Shown: one piece after another, positions 1-8,396 of the stretch
Numbering within the stretch: position 1 is the first letter of the stretch
How the letters are laid out: every line of letters begins with the position of its first letter
NCBI GenBank assembly: GCA_049322915.1
Contig: JBMOPW010000016.1
Coordinates: 7,971 to 71,970, forward strand
Direction of reading: 5' to 3'
From: Candidatus Zhuqueibacterota bacterium
GTDB lineage: Bacteria > Zhuqueibacterota > Zhuqueibacteria > Thermofontimicrobiales > Thermofontimicrobiaceae
DNA length: 64,000 nt
Position numbers and translations under genes: made by a program
The notes under the pieces: generated by a model
The model's input: only the letters and a program-made list of their open reading frames with translations
What the model was told of the DNA's origin: nothing
Database searches by the model: none

Positions 1-1
1 A

Positions 2-976
2 GCAAAAGAGTTGATCAACCAACTTGGCAGCGCAGCCAAAGAGCAGGCGACGCCGGTGTTGATCACAGCTTTAAAAACCGCAGTCAGCAAAGACGATGCT
101 CTGACCCGTGTACCAGCGCTCATGGAACTGATCAACCAGCTTGGCAGCGCGGCCAAAGAGCAGGCAGCGCCGGTGTATTCACAATTTGAAAAAACGATTT
201 CAGTACGAATTGTTGCATCTTTAAAAGCCAAAGGCTTAACCATGGTTCCTGTCAAAGGCGGTACGTTTGAAATGGGCGACACTTTTAATGAAGGAGATAG
301 TGATGAAAAGCCGGTGCACCGCGTAACGCTGTCGGATTTTTGCATCAGCCAGACCGAGGTGACCAATGCCCAGTTTGCCGCATTTCTCAATGACTATGGC
401 AAAGCTACCAACGACAATGGCAACACCCTGATCTATGAGCACGGCTGGGGCCTACGCCAAAACGGCAATCGCTGGGAGGCGCAGCCGGGCTATGGGAACT
501 ATCCGGTGGTGTATGTCACCTGGTACGGCGCGGCGCAATACGCCAAATGGGCGGGTTGTCGCTTGCCCACGGAAGCCGAGTGGGAATATGCCGCGCGCGG
601 CGGCAACCAGAGCAAAGGCTATCGCTACAGCGGCAGCAATTCTGTGTATGATGTGGCGTGGTATGATAATAATGCCAGCGGTACCCATGCGGTGGCCGCC
701 AAACAGCCGAACGAGCTGGGCTTGTACGACATGAGCGGCAATGTTTGGGAATGGTGCGCCGATTGGTATGATGAGAACTATTATGAGAAGAGTCCTGCAC
801 TAAATCCGCATGGCGCGACATCCGGCTCATATCGCGTGCTGCGGGGCGGCTCGTGGGGCGATAGTGTTAGAGTCGTCCGTTGCTCGGACCGTGACAGGAA
901 CAACCCTGACGGCAGGTACATCAACAACGGCTTTCGAGTTGCTGTCTCGTTGGCGTCACTGAAATCTGGGTTCTGA
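2..976 (+). CDS. DGR target protein: helical (HEAT-like) repeats plus C-terminal FGE-sulfatase/SUMF1 (CLec-fold) domain; 5' end lies outside the window
   Basis: Motifs [59 protein letters not shown]...GFR. Frame is open to the window edge. 39-aa repeat LINQLGSAAKEQA occurs twice. Confidence 0.93.
   Translation, partial: AKELINQLGSAAKEQATPVLITALKTAVSKDDALTRVPALMELINQLGSAAKEQAAPVYSQFEKTISVRIVASLKAKGLTMVPVKGGTFEMGDTFNEGDSDEKPVHRVTLSDFCISQTEVTNAQFAAFLNDYGKATNDNGNTLIYEHGWGLRQNGNRWEAQPGYGNYPVVYVTWYGAAQYAKWAGCRLPTEAEWEYAARGGNQSKGYRYSGSNSVYDVAWYDNNASGTHAVAAKQPNELGLYDMSGNVWEWCADWYDENYYEKSPALNPHGATSGSYRVLRGGSWGDSVRVVRCSDRDRNNPDGRYINNGFRVAVSLASLKSGF
830..958 (+). repeat. DGR variable repeat (VR)
   Basis: Gapless 129-nt match to 1512-1640; differs at 13 positions (9 A>G, 4 A>T relative to TR). 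Confidence 0.97.
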
Positions 977-1015
977 GTTTCTGTTTTCTGTTTTTAAAAA
1001 TTGGGGGGTTGGGGG

Positions 1016-1107
1016 CATAGCCGTAAGGCCAGGAGAAAAAATGATATGGAATCGTTAACAATTGTCAATGAAAACACAAGTCATAACTCCTTGGCCTGAC
1101 GGCAATG
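1016..1107. mobile_element. 92-bp MITE (IS4-like CAT ends) inserted in the DGR downstream hairpin region
   Basis: Imperfect terminal IR CATAGCCGTAAGGCCAGGAG / CTCCTTGGCCTGACGGCAATG, flanked by the direct repeat GGGTTGGGGG (1006-1015 and 1108-1117). Confidence 0.75.
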
Positions 1108-1110
1108 GGG

Positions 1111-1128
1111 TTGGGGGCTTGCCCCCAA
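1111..1128 (+). promoter_or_regulatory. GC-rich hairpin downstream of VR (candidate DGR target-recognition hairpin/cruciform)
   Basis: TTGGGGG-CTTG-CCCCCAA, 7-bp stem with 4-nt loop; overlaps a CC-A8-T8-GG palindrome (1125-1144). Confidence 0.65.
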
Positions 1129-1153
1129 AAAAAATTTTTTTTGGAGAACGAGC

Positions 1154-1507
1154 GTGCAGGAATCGCCATTGTTTATAAAAACCTATGATTTTTTAAAATG
1201 GCTGCTGGAGCATACGCAGCAATATCCCAAATCGCAACGGTTTGTGCTGGCGCAACGGGTGAATGACGCTGCGTTGAATTTTCATGAGTTGTTAATAAAA
1301 GCCACCAAATCCATGAAAAAACTTCCGGTGCTTTATGAGGCAGACTACGAGTTGGAACGGTTGCGGCTTAATTTACGACTGAGCAAGGATCTGGCGTTAT
1401 TAAAATTCAACCACTACGAACATGGGGCGCGGCAGCTCACCGAAATAGGTAAACTGCTGGGTGGCTGGATAAAAAAAATACAGGAAGGTACTGAAAAAAA
1501 GGGATAG
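1154..1507 (+). CDS. avd: DGR accessory variability determinant (four-helix bundle)
   Basis: 117 aa, basic; motifs [41 protein letters not shown]; lies between target and TR. Confidence 0.92.
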   Translation: MQESPLFIKTYDFLKWLLEHTQQYPKSQRFVLAQRVNDAALNFHELLIKATKSMKKLPVLYEADYELERLRLNLRLSKDLALLKFNHYEHGARQLTEIGKLLGGWIKKIQEGTEKKG

Positions 1508-1511
1508 ACCG

Positions 1512-1640
1512 TATCGCGTGCTGCGGGGCGGCTCGTGGAACAATAATGATAGAAACGTCCGTTGCTCGAACCGTAACAGGAACAACCCTGACAACAGGAA
1601 CAACAACAACGGCTTTCGAGTTGCTGTCTCGTTGGCGTCA
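1512..1640 (+). repeat. DGR template repeat (TR)
   Basis: Adenine-rich copy of VR with 13 AAY codons in the target frame; begins 5 nt after the avd stop. Confidence 0.97.
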
Positions 1641-1800
1641 ATAATATCACTGCCAAGATATGTTATTTCTACGGAAATAACATTAGCGCCTGAATATTCT
1701 ATCGGTTTATTCCTGCGGCGCTTGTAAAAGCGACCCAAACAAAGAAAGTAACGGCAGGATGAGTAGCCAGGAGTGAAAATCCTGCTGTTACCCTATCATC
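1641..1800 (+). ncRNA. Structured DGR RNA spacer between TR and RT
   Basis: Hairpins ATGTTATTTC-TACG-GAAATAACAT (1660-1683), CGCTT-GTAA-AAGCG (1719-1732), and GTAACGGCAGGAT...ATCCTGCTGTTAC (1748-1791) enclosing AGTA/GAA. Confidence 0.65.
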
Positions 1801-1812
1801 AAGGTAAAAACA

Positions 1813-2886
1813 ATGATACAACATATCAGTTTATTTTCATCGATAATCAGTTTTGAAAATCTGGTGGCCGCTTTGCAAAAAGCCCAGGCAGGAAAAAAGC
1901 GCAAGAACAATGTCACCAGTTTTATTTATTTTCAGGAAGAAAGTTTATTCCGTCTACAACAGGAGTTAGTCGAAAAGACCTATCGGCCCGGGCCATATAC
2001 CACCTTTTATATTTATGACAAAAAGAAGCGCATGATTTCAGCCGCTCCGTTTCGGGACCGCGTCGTGCATCATGCCTTGTGCCGGGTGATTGAACCGATA
2101 TTTGAAGCCGGTTTTATTGAGGACAGTTATGCCAATCGTAAAAAAAAGGGAACACATTGGGCTGTTAATCGCTGTTCTGAATTCTCACGGGAAAATAAGT
2201 ATGTGCTAAAATTTGATATTAAAAAATACTTTCCAAGTATTGATCATGCGATTTTGAAAACACTCATCCGTCAAAAAATCAGCGATCAGGATACACTTTG
2301 GCTGATTGATTTGATCATTGATCACAGCAATACCCAGGAACCTGTTCTCGATTATTTCGGTGGAGATGATCTATTTACGCCGACAAAACGCCGCAAAGGA
2401 TTGCCGTTGGGTAATCAAACGTCACAATTTTTTGCCAATATTTATCTTGATGCTTTGGATCATTATGTAAAAGATGGACTGCAATGCAGATATTATATTC
2501 GTTATGTCGATGACGGATTAGTATTTGAAAATGACAAGAAACAACTATGGAATATCGGCAAACAAATTGGCGATTATCTTTCTACGTTACGATTACGCAT
2601 TCACCCCAATAAATATAATGTTATGCCTGTCCGGAACGGTGTCTTATTTTTAGGTTACAGAGTGTTCCCAACGCATAAATTGTTACCGAAATCCAATACC
2701 CATGGTTTTAAGCGTAAGCTGCGTTTGTTCCAAAAATTATACGCCCGTGAGATTTTACATATTTCAGACATTCGACCGTCAATCCATGGTTGGTTGGGCC
2801 ACGCGCTTCAGGCGAATACATATCGAATACGCAGGAGAATATTTTCCAGTTTTGTACTCGTTAAAAAACCGAAAATATCCTGTTAA
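1813..2886 (+). CDS. DGR reverse transcriptase
   Basis: 357 aa; RMISAAPFRDRVVHHA, KFDIKKYFPSIDH, LPLGNQTSQFFANIYL, RYVDD, FLGY; no maturase or endonuclease domain. Confidence 0.96.
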   Translation: MIQHISLFSSIISFENLVAALQKAQAGKKRKNNVTSFIYFQEESLFRLQQELVEKTYRPGPYTTFYIYDKKKRMISAAPFRDRVVHHALCRVIEPIFEAGFIEDSYANRKKKGTHWAVNRCSEFSRENKYVLKFDIKKYFPSIDHAILKTLIRQKISDQDTLWLIDLIIDHSNTQEPVLDYFGGDDLFTPTKRRKGLPLGNQTSQFFANIYLDALDHYVKDGLQCRYYIRYVDDGLVFENDKKQLWNIGKQIGDYLSTLRLRIHPNKYNVMPVRNGVLFLGYRVFPTHKLLPKSNTHGFKRKLRLFQKLYAREILHISDIRPSIHGWLGHALQANTYRIRRRIFSSFVLVKKPKISC

Positions 2887-3082
2887 AGCATATCTTATTG
2901 AGTTGTTATCTGTGCGGGAATTACCCGGAGTACTCACTTATAACAAGTGTAAGCCGGAACGTATATCAGGTTTCTGGTTGTGGGGTAACGAACAACGAAA
3001 GAATATGGGCTTTATCCCGGTGGTAAGTATCAAGCGAAAAACGCATTAACAACCTATCACTAATCAACAAAAGGAAAAACAT

Positions 3083-3610
3083 ATGGCATTATGGCATCAA
3101 ATACGACAGTGGAAGTATCCGCGTGAGTTTCGGATTGCACCTTCGCTGCTGGATCAAAACAGCGTCCGGCAGTTTCAGCAGCTTATTGATTCCTATACCA
3201 CGCAGGTTAAAACGACCATGGAACAGGCGAAACAGAAGCCGGATACAAAAATGAATACCCGTCTGTTGGCGGACATTGGCACCGGTTTGTGGCGCATCAA
3301 ACAGAAAGTGGTGCATCCGGTTTCAGGGCAGCCGCTGCCGGAAATGCGCAGCACCTATCGCCACGTGGAATCGGTCTGGGATGTATTAATCCAAACCGAC
3401 GTGGAAATCATGGATCATACGAATCAACCGTTTGATCCGGGCATGTCGCTGAAAGTAATTGCTTTTCAACAAACCGAAAACTTGCAGCGGGACATGATTA
3501 TTGAAACCATTAAACCCAGTATTTATTATAAAAAGCAGCCGATTCAAATTGGCGAGGTGATCGTTGGCACCCCGGTGACGCCGGACGAACCGAAAAAGAG
3601 CGGCAACTAA
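3083..3610 (+). CDS. Divergent GrpE-like protein (putative nucleotide-exchange factor)
   Basis: Helical N-half; C-terminal pattern QPFDP...IIETIKPSIYY...IGEVIV resembles the GrpE beta domain; lies directly upstream of the Hsp70. Confidence 0.6.
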   Translation: MALWHQIRQWKYPREFRIAPSLLDQNSVRQFQQLIDSYTTQVKTTMEQAKQKPDTKMNTRLLADIGTGLWRIKQKVVHPVSGQPLPEMRSTYRHVESVWDVLIQTDVEIMDHTNQPFDPGMSLKVIAFQQTENLQRDMIIETIKPSIYYKKQPIQIGEVIVGTPVTPDEPKKSGN

Positions 3611-3645
3611 AAATTTCAAATTACAGAACAGAGAAGGAGTGTAGC

Positions 3646-6147
3646 ATGAACCGATTAACCATTGATTTTGGTATTGACCTTGGGACAACCAATAGCAGTA
3701 TTGCCGTTATAAAAGGCACAGAAGTTGAAGTTTTCAAGAACAACGAAAATTCAGAAATCACACCGTCCGCCGTCTATATCGATAAAAAAAATAGTTTGTT
3801 TACCGGCAATGCGGCGAAATCCATGCTGGAATCGGATTTGGAGAATTCAGCTTCCGAATTCAAATTAAAAATGGGAACATCTTTCGAAAAAGTCTTTGTT
3901 CGCAGCGGTCGTCGGATGAAACCGGAGGATATGTCAGCGGAAATATTGAAAGCACTGAAATCCGATGTCCGGCAACGGACCGGCGAAGATGTACAGGCGG
4001 CGGTGATCACCGTACCGGCAGCATTTGAATTACCACAAAATGCGGCCACCAATAGATCTGCTGAAATGGCAGGCTTCAAGCTGGCGCCATTGCTGCAGGA
4101 ACCCGTAGCCGCAGCGATGGCGTATGGTTTTCAAAGCACCAGCGATAAAGTATTCTGGCTGGTATATGATTTTGGCGGCGGCACCTTCGATGCCGCCATT
4201 ATTCAGGTGCGCGATGGAGTCATTGAAGTTGTCAATCATGGCGGCGACAATCAGATGGGTGGCAAGCTGATCGATTGGTCCATTGTCGATGAATTGTTGA
4301 TCCCGGCAGTAGTCAAAGAATATAAGCTAAAAGAGTTCCATCGCGGTAATCCCAAATGGGCGGGCGCCTTTGCCAAATTAAAGAGCCATGCCGAAGAAGC
4401 GAAAAAGCGGGTTTCGCGCCAGGAGAGCTCCGGCATCACCATCGACTTCTTGTGCAATGGCGAGGATGGGCATCCCATCCAGTTTGAATATGATCTGTTA
4501 CAGAAAGATGTGGCGCGGCTGGCAGAGCCATTCTTTTTAGGTTCGATTCGAATCTGTAAAAAGGTTTTGACAGAAAAGCGTTTAGGGGTTGGCAATATCG
4601 AAAAAGTGCTGCTGGTCGGCGGGCCGACGTTAATGCCATCGCTACGCGAATTATTGAATGATCGGGAAAAAGGTTTGGGTATTCCGCTGGACTACAGCAT
4701 TGATCCACTGACTGTCGTTGCGCGCGGCGCCGCAGTGTTTGCAGGTACCAAGCGCATGGATGGCGTCTTTATTCCTTCCGTGCAAACCGGTCAATTCGCG
4801 CTCGAACTGGAATATCAACCCACGGGTTCAGAAACCGAACCTTTGGTCGGCGGCAAGGTTATCGCGTCTGAAACAGTAAAATTATCAGGTTATACCATCG
4901 AATTTGTGAATGCCGAAGCCAGACCACAATGGCGCAGTGGAAAAATCCCATTGGGTGCAGAAGGAACCTTTGTCACTAATCTCTGGGCTGAAAAAGGACG
5001 CCTGAACACATTTTGGATTGAATTATTGGATGCGAATGGTACCAAACAGGAAACGGTTCCCAATCGCCTGGAATATAAAATTGGTTTGACCATAACTGCG
5101 CCACCGCTCACACACTCGGTGGGTGTTGCTATGGCCAATAATGAAATGGAAAAATTTCTTGAAAAGGGAGCTCCCTTACCGGCACGCAAACGAAAGGTGT
5201 TTCGTACCGCAATTGATATACGCCGGGGACAAAATGAAGATTTATTGCGCATTCCGGTCGTTGAAGGAGAAAATATCCGTCGGGCGGATCGTAATCATCT
5301 GATAGGCTATTTGGAGATAAGCGGCACAAAAATTAAACGTGATGTTCCAGCCAGCAGCGAAATTGAGGTTACCATCGAAATGGATGCGTCGCGATTGATT
5401 CGCACCAAAGCCTATATCCCGATCCTGGATGAAGAATTCGAAGAAGTTATTGTGTTAGGCAAAACAGAACCCGAACCTGAAAAATTAAAGAAAGAATATG
5501 ATTCTGAAAAGAAACGTTTGGACGATGTAAAGCAGAAAGCGTCAACATCCAGCGATGACAGAGCGATGAATATAATTAATCAGGTCGAAGATGAACAGAT
5601 TCCTCATCAAATTGAAACCTCGCTGAATGCATCAACCGTTGATTCTGAAGCGGCGGATAAATGCGAAAATAAGTTGCTGGAATTGAAATCCCGGATCGAC
5701 GAAATTGAAGATATTCTTGAATGGCCAACTATTGTAAAAGAAGCGGGAGACCAATTATCACGAACGAAAGAAATTGTCGATAGCCATGGTTCCAGTGGTG
5801 ATAAATTGGAATTTAACAGCCTGGAACAGGAAATGAAATTGGCCATGCGATCCACTGCAAGGGATACCGATACCCTGCGCCGTTTGATTGATGAATTAAG
5901 CACAATGTCAATCCGTATTTTGCGCGAACAGCCAGGATTCTGGGTCGCCATACTGCAAAATCTGGAAGAGATGAAAGATAAAATGAAAAATCAATCCGAA
6001 GCGAGCCAGCTTTTTTCGCAGGGAAACCGTGCAATAAACAATAACGACATTGTAGGGCTGAAATCAGCAATTCAGCAATTATTTAAACTGCTGCCACCTG
6101 CTGAACAACAGCAAGTAAGGGGCTTTGGAAGTGGAGTAACTCTGTAG
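3646..6147 (+). CDS. Extended Hsp70-family protein (non-canonical DnaK paralogue)
   Basis: GIDLGTTNS, TPSAV, AVITVPAAF, EPVAAA, VYDFGGGTFD, LLVGGPTLMP; 833 aa with an extra domain after the NBD and a long helical tail. Confidence 0.92.
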   Translation: MNRLTIDFGIDLGTTNSSIAVIKGTEVEVFKNNENSEITPSAVYIDKKNSLFTGNAAKSMLESDLENSASEFKLKMGTSFEKVFVRSGRRMKPEDMSAEILKALKSDVRQRTGEDVQAAVITVPAAFELPQNAATNRSAEMAGFKLAPLLQEPVAAAMAYGFQSTSDKVFWLVYDFGGGTFDAAIIQVRDGVIEVVNHGGDNQMGGKLIDWSIVDELLIPAVVKEYKLKEFHRGNPKWAGAFAKLKSHAEEAKKRVSRQESSGITIDFLCNGEDGHPIQFEYDLLQKDVARLAEPFFLGSIRICKKVLTEKRLGVGNIEKVLLVGGPTLMPSLRELLNDREKGLGIPLDYSIDPLTVVARGAAVFAGTKRMDGVFIPSVQTGQFALELEYQPTGSETEPLVGGKVIASETVKLSGYTIEFVNAEARPQWRSGKIPLGAEGTFVTNLWAEKGRLNTFWIELLDANGTKQETVPNRLEYKIGLTITAPPLTHSVGVAMANNEMEKFLEKGAPLPARKRKVFRTAIDIRRGQNEDLLRIPVVEGENIRRADRNHLIGYLEISGTKIKRDVPASSEIEVTIEMDASRLIRTKAYIPILDEEFEEVIVLGKTEPEPEKLKKEYDSEKKRLDDVKQKASTSSDDRAMNIINQVEDEQIPHQIETSLNASTVDSEAADKCENKLLELKSRIDEIEDILEWPTIVKEAGDQLSRTKEIVDSHGSSGDKLEFNSLEQEMKLAMRSTARDTDTLRRLIDELSTMSIRILREQPGFWVAILQNLEEMKDKMKNQSEASQLFSQGNRAINNNDIVGLKSAIQQLFKLLPPAEQQQVRGFGSGVTL

Positions 6148-6211
6148 TTTCATGCTTAGAGCATTGAATGTAATTTAAAATATTTGCTCTTTTTATGGCG
6201 ATTCAGCGCGC

Positions 6212-6364
6212 ATGTCATTCCGGCAGAAATCCCGAGTAGTCTATTGAGTCGGATACCGGAACCTGCTAACGCTTTTTACCTTAAATTAGAATATGCAGGG
6301 CAAACACGGACTTCTTACAATCGTAGCCGTTTTGAAAAAAATCGGGACGGAACCGGAATGACAT
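6212..6364. repeat. REP-like inverted-repeat element
   Basis: ATGTCATTCCGG ... CCGGAATGACAT 12-bp inverted ends; related GTCATT/AATGAC motifs at about 12390 and 17380-17475. Confidence 0.55.
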
Positions 6365-6422
6365 TGCAGGGCTGAATGGAAACCACTCTTTAACTAAACT
6401 TTCTTAGAAGGATTATTTTTCT

Positions 6423-7409
6423 ATGAATATGAACGAACTTGTGACTTCGGAGAAATTGACAGAATCTTCAGCCACGGCCAATTACTCCAATCAAAAGATT
6501 GACCGACTCATAACATTAATGCTGCTGGAAGATGCCTGTAAATTAGCGCACACCGGCAGATATGCAGAGGCAGAGAATTTACTCTCGGAAATAAAAGGAG
6601 ATCGGTCGATCGAGCTTCAAAAATTGGATCTGCTTGCTCGAATTAAGGCCCAACAGGGACGTTTGCCCGAGGCTGAGTTACTTTGGAAAAAAGCCGAACA
6701 ACTCGATCCCGAAAATAGCGTATATCGCACTGCACTTCAGACGATTTCCAACTTTCAACAGCGGCCGTCCTGGTTACTTTGGCTTGGACCTGTCTCTGTT
6801 GTCGTTATTATCTGTCTTGTTATAATTTTCTTACTCTGGATTTTTAAATTAAGCCTACCAAAAGACAATCAGGATGTCAGTATTGCGCTTTCAAAATTAG
6901 CGTCAGAACAAGCTAAATTGGGTGCTCAGCTAAGCGATTTGAGAAAAGATGTCAAGCCAGATTCATCGACCTCTGCCATCGCGAAAATTAGCCTTTCACT
7001 CCCGGAAATTTCAACTACGAATAATGGTACCACCTTGACTATTGTTTTTCGGGAGGGGCTATTCCACCATGGGGCAACATTAACAGCTACTGCAAAAGAT
7101 ATTTTGATCCGTGTGGGAAGGCAGTTAGAGCAGTATCGTGATACTATCCAAATTGTTGTAATTGGCTTTTCCGACGATATCCCCATGCCAAACGATCAAA
7201 AATATCGTGACAATGTTACATTAGGCTGGACAAGAGCGCTATCAGTCGTTGAATGGCTGCGTCTGAATACTGCACTCACTGCAGAGAATTTTTCAACATA
7301 TAGCAAAGGCGAAGTCATGCCTCCTTTCCCTAACGACTCCTATCGCAATAAAATCAGGAATCGAACTGTTATTATAAAAGTAATGGACATTTCTACAGAA
7401 AAAAAATAG
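6423..7409 (+). CDS. TPR repeat - transmembrane helix - OmpA/MotB-like peptidoglycan-binding protein
   Basis: TPR-like LLARIKAQQGRLPEAELLWKKAEQLDPEN; hydrophobic run at about aa 117-141; C-terminal IVVIGFSDD...LGWTRALSV...NRTVII. Confidence 0.8.
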   Translation: MNMNELVTSEKLTESSATANYSNQKIDRLITLMLLEDACKLAHTGRYAEAENLLSEIKGDRSIELQKLDLLARIKAQQGRLPEAELLWKKAEQLDPENSVYRTALQTISNFQQRPSWLLWLGPVSVVVIICLVIIFLLWIFKLSLPKDNQDVSIALSKLASEQAKLGAQLSDLRKDVKPDSSTSAIAKISLSLPEISTTNNGTTLTIVFREGLFHHGATLTATAKDILIRVGRQLEQYRDTIQIVVIGFSDDIPMPNDQKYRDNVTLGWTRALSVVEWLRLNTALTAENFSTYSKGEVMPPFPNDSYRNKIRNRTVIIKVMDISTEKK

Positions 7410-7411
7410 TC

Positions 7412-7758
7412 AGGTATTGGTGTTCTCTTCCATTCGGATCGGGCTGTATAAAATGCCTGTCATGAATTTCGAGAGTTACTTTCAAAATATGACATGATCC
7501 AAAACATGAACGGCAAGGGCAATTGCTAAGATCATACCGTGTGTGAAAGTTTTTTCTTACACTTAAAGCCGATTTGGTATCGTTTGAAAAATACAAATCC
7601 AAAGAACAGGCGAAACAAAGCTTATTCGGATATATTGAAGTGTTCTATGTTCGTCATAGAAAACATACTGCCCTGAATTATAAATCACCGGTGCAGTTTG
7701 CTGAGTCAGAAAATAATGTCTAACTTAACTCTTTGTACATTTTTCTATTGCAATTTCA
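7412..7758 (+). pseudogene. IS3-family transposase 3' remnant with right end
   Basis: Translates to LFHSDRG...MNGKGNC*D...ESFFLTLK...YIEVFY...HTALNYKSP with a stop and a frameshift; ends in CA at 7758. Confidence 0.85.
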
Positions 7759-7944
7759 TTTCAAATGAGGACTTATTTAAATTTTTTTTTAATCGAATGA
7801 AATACTAGCTCGCTTACAATCTTGATACGCGTAAAGTGAAAGAGCGTGGATTCATCTTTATCAGTTTTTGCTTTTAATTCAAACTTATTTATTTCATTTC
7901 TACCGTTTTTATCTCCAAATTAACCTTACGCAGTTGAGGATGCC

Positions 7945-8352
7945 ATGAAATACTATTCAACAAACCAAAAAACCTTTTTCCTAGTGATTATTTCTATTGT
8001 CATTTTCATTATTATAACTGGCTGCAAAAAAGATTCTCCTGTTCAACCAACAAACAATACTCCATATTTCCCCGATCCATTTCAATGGTATTCTCAAACT
8101 CAATTTCAATACGACAATGTAGGCCGTATGACACAAGCAAGCACTACCATAACGATTCCTGCAGCCATCGATCCCGATGGTGATGAGCTAAGCTATACAT
8201 GGACAGCTTCAAATGGAACAATCTTAGGTAATGTCCTTACAGGAACGTGGCAACGCAGTATTATATCTGGAAGAGTTCAATCAGGGACGGTAACAGTTGT
8301 TGTTGATGATAAAAAAGGCGGAACAAATAAATGTACTCTGAATTTTCAATAG
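7945..8352 (+). CDS. Putative lipoprotein with Ig/PKD-like domain
   Basis: Lipobox ITGC; DPDGDELSYTW and VTVVVDDKKGG are typical of Ig-like/PKD domains. Confidence 0.7.
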   Translation: MKYYSTNQKTFFLVIISIVIFIIITGCKKDSPVQPTNNTPYFPDPFQWYSQTQFQYDNVGRMTQASTTITIPAAIDPDGDELSYTWTASNGTILGNVLTGTWQRSIISGRVQSGTVTVVVDDKKGGTNKCTLNFQ

Positions 8353-8396
8353 AATTTTACCAATCATTTTTTAATTGAGATTTCAAGGAGTTCCAA

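Larger units (their letters stand above)
2..2886 (+). mobile_element. Diversity-generating retroelement (target-VR, avd, TR, RT)
   Basis: 129-nt VR/TR repeat pair whose 13 mismatches all fall at TR adenines; Avd-like ORF and DGR-type RT in the canonical order target-avd-TR-RT. Confidence 0.97.

Noticed and set aside
1518..1727. 69-aa Asn-rich ORF resembling the target C-terminus
   Set aside because: It is the TR read in frame (AAC-rich, hence stop-free), not a second target gene.
1813..2886. RT as group II intron, retron or CRISPR-associated RT
   Set aside because: Short, no maturase or Cas1 domain, GxxxSQ motif, and flanked by avd and an adenine-specific TR/VR pair.
2702..3049. 115-aa ORF overlapping the RT 3' end
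   Set aside because: No recognisable motif or RBS; possibly a gene remnant but unsupported.
3646..6147. Housekeeping dnaK
   Set aside because: About 200 aa too long, lacks the conserved linker, has no dnaJ/hrcA context and lies in an island; symbol withheld.
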